Source: Octopus vulgaris
Lineage: Eukaryota
Length of the DNA: 64,000 nt
Assembly: GCA_951406725.2 (NCBI GenBank)
Contig: OX597822.1
Coordinates: 11,718,001-11,782,000, forward strand
Direction of reading: 5' to 3'
Shown piece by piece: positions 56,583 through 64,000 of the stretch. The notes beneath the pieces are model-generated. The model did no database searches. It worked only from the letters and a program-made list of their open reading frames with translations, and was not told the DNA's origin. How positions within the stretch are numbered: the first letter of the stretch is position 1; each line of letters starts with the position of its first letter. Position numbers and translations under genes: made by a program.

Positions 56583-57063
56583 GTATATGCATGTGTATAT
56601 ATATATATATCATATGTATATTATATATATATATTATATATTAAATATTTATATATATGTATCTATATATACAAATATATATCATATATATGCGTATGCA
56701 TACATATTCAAATACATAGATATGTATAGGAATACGCACACACACACGGGCACACGAACACACACACAAACAAACACATAGATGTTTATATGTTATACAC
56801 ATAGACATTTATAAATGTATATATGTATATGTTTATGTGCGTGTGTCTATGTGTGTATGTATGAATGCATGTGTATGTGCGTGTGTATGTGTCCGTGTGT
56901 GTGTGCGTCTGTGTTTGTGTGTGTGTGTGTTTGTGTTTGTCGGTGCGTGCGTGTTCTTAATTTTTTAAGCCACAATTTTCGACATATAGTCGGTGAAATA
57001 ATTGAGTTTCGTGTTATGGCGTTTGAAAATTCAAAAGGAAAACTTATCTCCATTTATACATAC

Positions 57064-57104
<41 letters not shown>

Positions 57105-57109
57105 TATAA

Positions 57110-57165
<56 letters not shown>

Positions 57166-57225
57166 CGCAACATACAGACATATACATATACAGAAACACA
57201 TACATGCTCCTATACATAAATACAT

Positions 57226-57286
<61 letters not shown>

Positions 57287-57538
57287 AATAAATAGATAGA
57301 TATATACCGGTGCGTGTGTATATAATGTGTTGGCTCATTACAACAGAATAAACACTGACAAATAACTCAATACTAGCTTATTATGTAGCGGAGTAATATA
57401 TAATGTTTTTATTCATTTAATTATATATTTTATACTACACACTAATACATACACACATAGGTACATATATACATTAATATTTATATTCGTATATTTATAT
57501 TGTACATATGTATATATATGTGAATACACACATATGTG

Positions 57539-57581
<43 letters not shown>

Positions 57582-57851
57582 ATACATATATATATGTATG
57601 TATATTTATGTATATATATATGTTTGTATATACATATGTATGTATATATATATATGTATATTGTCGTTTAATATGTCATCCGTGGAAAAGTAGGTAACTT
57701 TATAATATAATAAATAATATTTAATCTATTTAACATCCTCAGTACTTTTTTACTTAGTATACGGCGATATTTTCTTTGTATAGTTAACTGCAATTATAAT
57801 ACTCTCCTCTTTTTCGCCCCGCTCTCTGTCTCTCGTGTATATATATATAAT

Positions 57852-58375
57852 GGAGGCACAATGGTACAGTGGTCAGGGCACAGCGGACTCGCGGTAGTAG
57901 GATTGTATGCCTACGTACTTCTATATATGCAGGTGTATGGGTGCGTACCTATGTCTGTAAGTACCTATATATGCAAGTATTTACATTTCTATTCTCTGCC
58001 TCTCCCCACCTTCCCTCTCTCTTTCTCTCTCTGTCTTTGTCTTTGTCTGTCTGCCTCTCTCTCTTTTTTCTGTATATGTAAATACACACACACACACACA
58101 CACACACAGAGGGGTTTATTCAGCGAAATCACCTAAAGCACCACAAAGCTCTGGCAGTGGTTAGTGGCAAACCCTGCTGTACTCTTTCATCACAATTTCC
58201 TCTCATTTTGTTCAGTTGTGCCTGTTGTGCTTGTCACGCTTTGTGTCACGCTGAATCTCCCCAAGAACGTCGCTAAGATGCACGTGTCTGTGGAGTGCTC
58301 AGCCACTTGCACGGTAATTTCACGATCAGGCTGTTCCGTTGGTCGGATCAACTGGAACACTCTTCGTCGTAATCG
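57852..58375 (+). mobile_element. SINE family C interrupted by a copy of downstream flank
   Basis: Head 57852-57903, body resumes at ~58110; the insert 57904-58108 duplicates 58410-58612. Confidence 0.75.
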
Positions 58376-58581
58376 AGAATATTTATAGATAGATAAATAT
58401 ATATGCTTGTGTATGCCTACGTACTTCTATATATGCAGGTGTATGGGTGCGTACCTATGTCTGTAAGTACCTATATATGCAAGTATTTACATTTCTATTC
58501 TCTGCCTCTCCCCACCTTCCCTCTCTCTTTCTCTCTCTGTCTTTGTCTGTCTGCCTCTCTCTCTTTTTTCTGTATATGTAA

Positions 58582-58621
<40 letters not shown>

Positions 58622-59215
58622 TATATATATTTATATACATATGTACATGTAACTGTATATATATATATATATATGTGTGTGTATGTGTGTGTGTGTGTAT
58701 TTAAACCTATTATATAAACTCAATAATATAAATGAAAATAGTAAACAGATCATAAATAAATATGAAAATGTTAAAACAGATAAAATAAATGTAAATAATA
58801 ATATAAAAATATCCCCTACAAATAAACATAAATATAAGACTAAAATGAATAATGAATCTCGAAAGAATATAGATAACATTAATCTTTCCCACTCTTACTC
58901 AAATTAAAAATATAAAAGAAAACATGTTATTTGGTTAAATATCCCCTTCAACTGTACGATCTCTACGAATACATACAGTAGATATATGTCTATACTGGAA
59001 AAAAATTTCCCAGCTTCCCATAAATATTATAAAATAATATCTCAGAAATCAGTAAGAATATCACATTCTACTCTTCCAAATATGGCTACCATAATAGCTA
59101 GACTTAATAGTAAAAATATAAAGTTAGCTAGAGATAGAATAAATAGTAACAACTATAATAATAGTAATAATATTAATAAAAATAGCAATAATAATGATAA
59201 TAATAATAATAATAA

Positions 59216-60612
59216 GTTGTGACTTACCGTTTCAATATTGTTATCTGGTCAATTCCTGAAATATGTAATCTTGACAGAAAAATACGAAAACTGTTGACAA
59301 TGCATAGAATGCACCACCCTAAGGCAGATACAGAACGACTTTATCTGCCAAGAAAAGAGGGAGGCCGTGGACTTTTACAACTGGCAATAATAATGAAGAT
59401 TGCTACAATTGGCCTAGACACCTACCTGAAAAACTCTGAGGACTGGATGTTAAAACTTGTCTCAAAACATGAAAACAAGAAAGCATCATACTCAGTAACA
59501 AAACAGGCAAAGGAATATCTAAGTGAATTCCGAATACAACAAATTTCGGAATTAGAGATAGACATACAAGAAATATGCACAGAAAAAGCTAAGCGCATGA
59601 AAACCCGTGCTAAATCTGCGGCCTTAGATATTCTGAATGATAAATGGCAAGAAAAACCTCTCTATGGCAAATACCCAAAGAGAGCAAATAATGCAGATGT
59701 TGACAAAGCCCTGACCCATCAATGGCTAATGGCCTCTGGCTTAAAATCTGAAACAGAGGGGTTTATCATAGCAGCTCAAGATCAATGCCTACCAACAAGA
59801 AACTACCAGGCCAACATATTAAAGATCAGAAGCAGTCCAACGTGTCGTGTATGCCAGCAACAAAATGAAACCATTGACCATGTTGTCTCCAAGTGCAGTC
59901 TCCTAGCGCCTACAGAGTATCTCAAAAGACACGATAGAGCTGCACAATGTATTCACTGGGTAATCTGCAAAAACCTGGATTTGCCCCATGAAAAAAACTG
60001 GTGGGAACACAAACCACCCCCAGTGCTTGAAATTGACCACATCTCACTCCTCTGGAACTTCACCATTCGAACTGACAGAAAGATAGATGCAAATAGGCCA
60101 GACACCATATTGAAAGACTTCAGAAAAAGAACATGCCTCCTCATTGATATGACTGTCCCAATCGATATAAACGTATCTGTCAAGACCTACCAAAAACTGA
60201 GCAAATATAAAAATCTTGAAATAGAAATCAGCAAAATGTGGAACCTGAAGACTAAAACAATACCTGTTGTCATAGGTGCCCTGGGAATGATAGCAAAAGG
60301 GGCTGATAGCTACCTAACTCAGATACCAGGAAACCACAAAATGGTAGAAATTCAAAAGATAGTGCTCATGGGAACTGCTCATATCCTACGCAAAATACTT
60401 TCTATGTAATCTCAAGGTTTAAAACAAACATACTTTTCGGTTTTAAAAAAAAAAAAATTTGTTTAGACATTCATTAGTACAACACCAACCCCCCCAAATA
60501 TATGGCACACTAGGCATAACAACAATATGAACTTCCAACCTGTTGTCTCTTGAGGTCTCTGGGTGAGACTTCGAGCCAACTTGTACAAATATAAAGCAAA
60601 AGTCAAACATAG
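59216..60612 (+). mobile_element. 5'-truncated R4/Dong-like non-LTR element (thumb, CCHC finger, PD-(D/E)xK endonuclease)
   Basis: ORF 59219-60409 with RLYLPRKEGGRGL, CRVCQQQNETIDHVVSKC, RHD, NRPD...LLID and KLSKY; the 3' UTR runs into (TAA)n. Confidence 0.92.
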
Positions 60613-60661
60613 AATAATAATAATAATAAGAAGAAGAATGATAATAATGATAATGCTAATG

Positions 60662-61490
<829 letters not shown>

Positions 61491-61577
61491 AATAATAATA
61501 ATAATAATAATAAAATTAATAACAATAATAATAATAATAATAATAATGATGATGATGATGATAATAACAACAACAAC

Positions 61578-61643
<66 letters not shown>

Positions 61644-63579
61644 AAGAAGAAGAATAACAAAATTGATATAAATAGTGATAATAACAACATCAATAATATA
61701 GGTAGTATAGATAAAAATGTAGTAGGTGAACATAGTGAGAATAGATTAATAACTAGTAACCCCAGTTTACATAACAATATACATACTATTAGAGGAAATA
61801 ACACTAATACTAATAACAACTCGAGTAACGGAAATGTAAACGAATTGTCCATAAATAATACCAGGAATAATCCCCCCAGTTGTAATTGTAAGATTAGATC
61901 GAAATGTCCGGTATCTGGCCGCTGTTTGGTCCAAAATGTAATTTATAAATGTACAATAGTGACTTCAAATAGCAACTATCTTTATTTCGGTTGTTTGGTA
62001 GATTTAAAAAAAAACGTTTAAACAATCATTTTTCCTCCTTTAGGCTTAAACACAAGGCAGGTTGCACAGCATTGTCTAGTAAAATTTGGGAACTGAAAAC
62101 GAATAATATATAGAATTTAACCTGAAATGGGATATAGTAAAAAAAAGGATGGCCTTATAAAAATAGTAGAGATGGTTGGGAACTTTGTTCTATGGAAACA
62201 TGAAATTTTAAAACATAGGAATAATACAAATCTGTTAACCGTTCTGAACTAGGAGTAATTAGCATACATCGCACAACCCGTGCGTTTAAATATTTTAGAT
62301 AATAATATTGAGACCATTCCTAAATTTTTCCAATTCTAATTCTTTATAACTAAATAAGAATGAATATACCATACTTGCTTTTAATTCAACATGCATAGAT
62401 TACTAAAAAACTTCATTGCATATTTAGAATTAAATTCTCTTTTTTTTATAATCTCCTATATTAAATAGTATAAATTCTATGTCCCTAAAGAAACTACTCT
62501 GTTCACCTTGATTACCTCACTTCTTTTTCTTAATATATCACTAACCGAGGATATTTTTACCTAACTAATTAGCTTTTCTCCGCGAGTAGTAAATATTATG
62601 TCTAACAGATTCTATATTTTAATTCATTAATAACAATTCACTATCTACTAAATCTGAGAAATGTACTCTTCTTAATTACTTCTCTTCATAAAAAACATCA
62701 CCTTCTACTAAACCTAAGAAAATTATTCTTCTTGATTACTCCTCTCCCAGTTTTTCTATTATACATATCTGACCCCCAATATATTCACTTGATTAATAAG
62801 ACGTTTGTCCTCAGTTCTTGAGTATTATGCCTACTCATTAAGTGATAGATTTGTTTCCAAAATGAATAAATATTAGATTTATAATTTCTCCTTTAATCCA
62901 ACGTATAAAAATATTCAACAGCTACCAGCTAAGTATAAAGCTGATGTTTATAAGTATAAAGGGATCTGTGTATTCTCTATAACGTTTTGGTATATAAGTG
63001 GTCACTGTGACCATATGACATTGACCTAGTTTTCCTAATACAATATCTGTTTGCCAAATAGTAGTAAACAGCTTCTATGGCATTACAACCCCCTCTCTAC
63101 CTTAATTTCTTTATGAACACTGTCTGAAATTTATTTCACCCCTATTTCTATAAATAGAAAATGTCTTTGTCTTCTTTCAACTGATTATAATTTCCAAACT
63201 TCTAGCAGTTCAAAATAACTTAACGTATATTCTTCAGTCGGAAGATAAACTCTACTACCTTAACGTTCTTAAAATTTAAATCGACATCTCTGTCTATATA
63301 TCTACCTTCTCTATAATGTCATCAATTGATATGAAAATTATGTATTAATGGAAAACCTCTATAAATAGCTAATGATTGCTCAACATTTTAAAACTGTTGT
63401 AATACTTACAATATTTAATAAAATGATGTAGAGTGAAAGATCTTACCAAATTACCGAAGTTATTCTTGTTGCTTATTTTTGCTTATAATCACCCCATGGA
63501 TTTATATACATAACACCATTCAAAATTCTGGTGCATCTAACTTAAGTACCATATTCATCTGAATCTAAATCTTGCTGAA

Positions 63580-63616
<37 letters not shown>

Positions 63617-63696
63617 GTATGTATACATATATATGTATATATGTTATATATTTATAACACATTCACACACACAGACATATACGTTATAAATATATA

Positions 63697-64000
63697 TTAG
63701 GTTGGCAACTATGTTCCGGCCGTTTTTTTATATAACTTTTTAAGTGTTTTAGTAAAAAATAACAACTAATTAATCAATAATGTAGTAACCCTTGTTGTTT
63801 ACAGTACCTCGTCGGTAGAAATCACCGACTCGAAACTTTGATCCAACCAAGCTCTCAATTCTGAACCATTAGTGAAGGAAACTACAGGCATAGCATTTGA
63901 GAGAGATCGAATGAAGTAGAAATCCGTCGGTGCAAAATCAGGAGAGTACGGCGGGTGTAGCAGCATTTCCCAGCCATGCGTTTGAATAGCTTCCTTGGTC
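63697..64000 (-). mobile_element. Mariner transposon 3' end (runs off the window)
   Basis: TA plus TIR-like ttaggttggcaact; minus strand encodes GWEMLLHPPYSPDFAPTDFYFIRSLSN. Confidence 0.85.

Noticed and set aside
56330-56600. 140-bp periodic duplication (aagcattattatatatgtatatg twice)
   Set aside because: Lies within TA-rich microsatellite; explained by slippage or assembly.

Overview
AT-rich eukaryotic DNA saturated with microsatellites ((TA)n, (CA)n, (TATG)n, (AAT)n, (GATA)n) and transposable elements. The SINE families and repeat landscape look like an octopus genome; this is an inference, not something I can verify here. I find no supportable host protein-coding gene, and almost all ORFs in the supplied track are microsatellite read-throughs. 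Recognisable content: three tRNA-headed SINE families; CR1-group, RTE, L1/Tx1-like (ORF1 only) and R4/Dong-like non-LTR retrotransposons; mariner (DD34D) and maT (DD37D) DNA transposons; a Helitron 3' end; and several Penelope-like elements (PLEs) with GIY-YIG remnants and inverted terminal repeats. The most notable signal is about 13 minimal type I hammerhead ribozyme (HHR) motifs in PLE-type termini. Several carry a compensatory U3-A8 core instead of C3-G8. One family fuses a tRNA-like Pol III head, an (AAT)n spacer, an HHR and a PLE-style tail with an inverted terminal copy, so it looks like a Penelope-mobilised ribozyme SINE. All coordinates were read by eye, and repeat boundaries are approximate.
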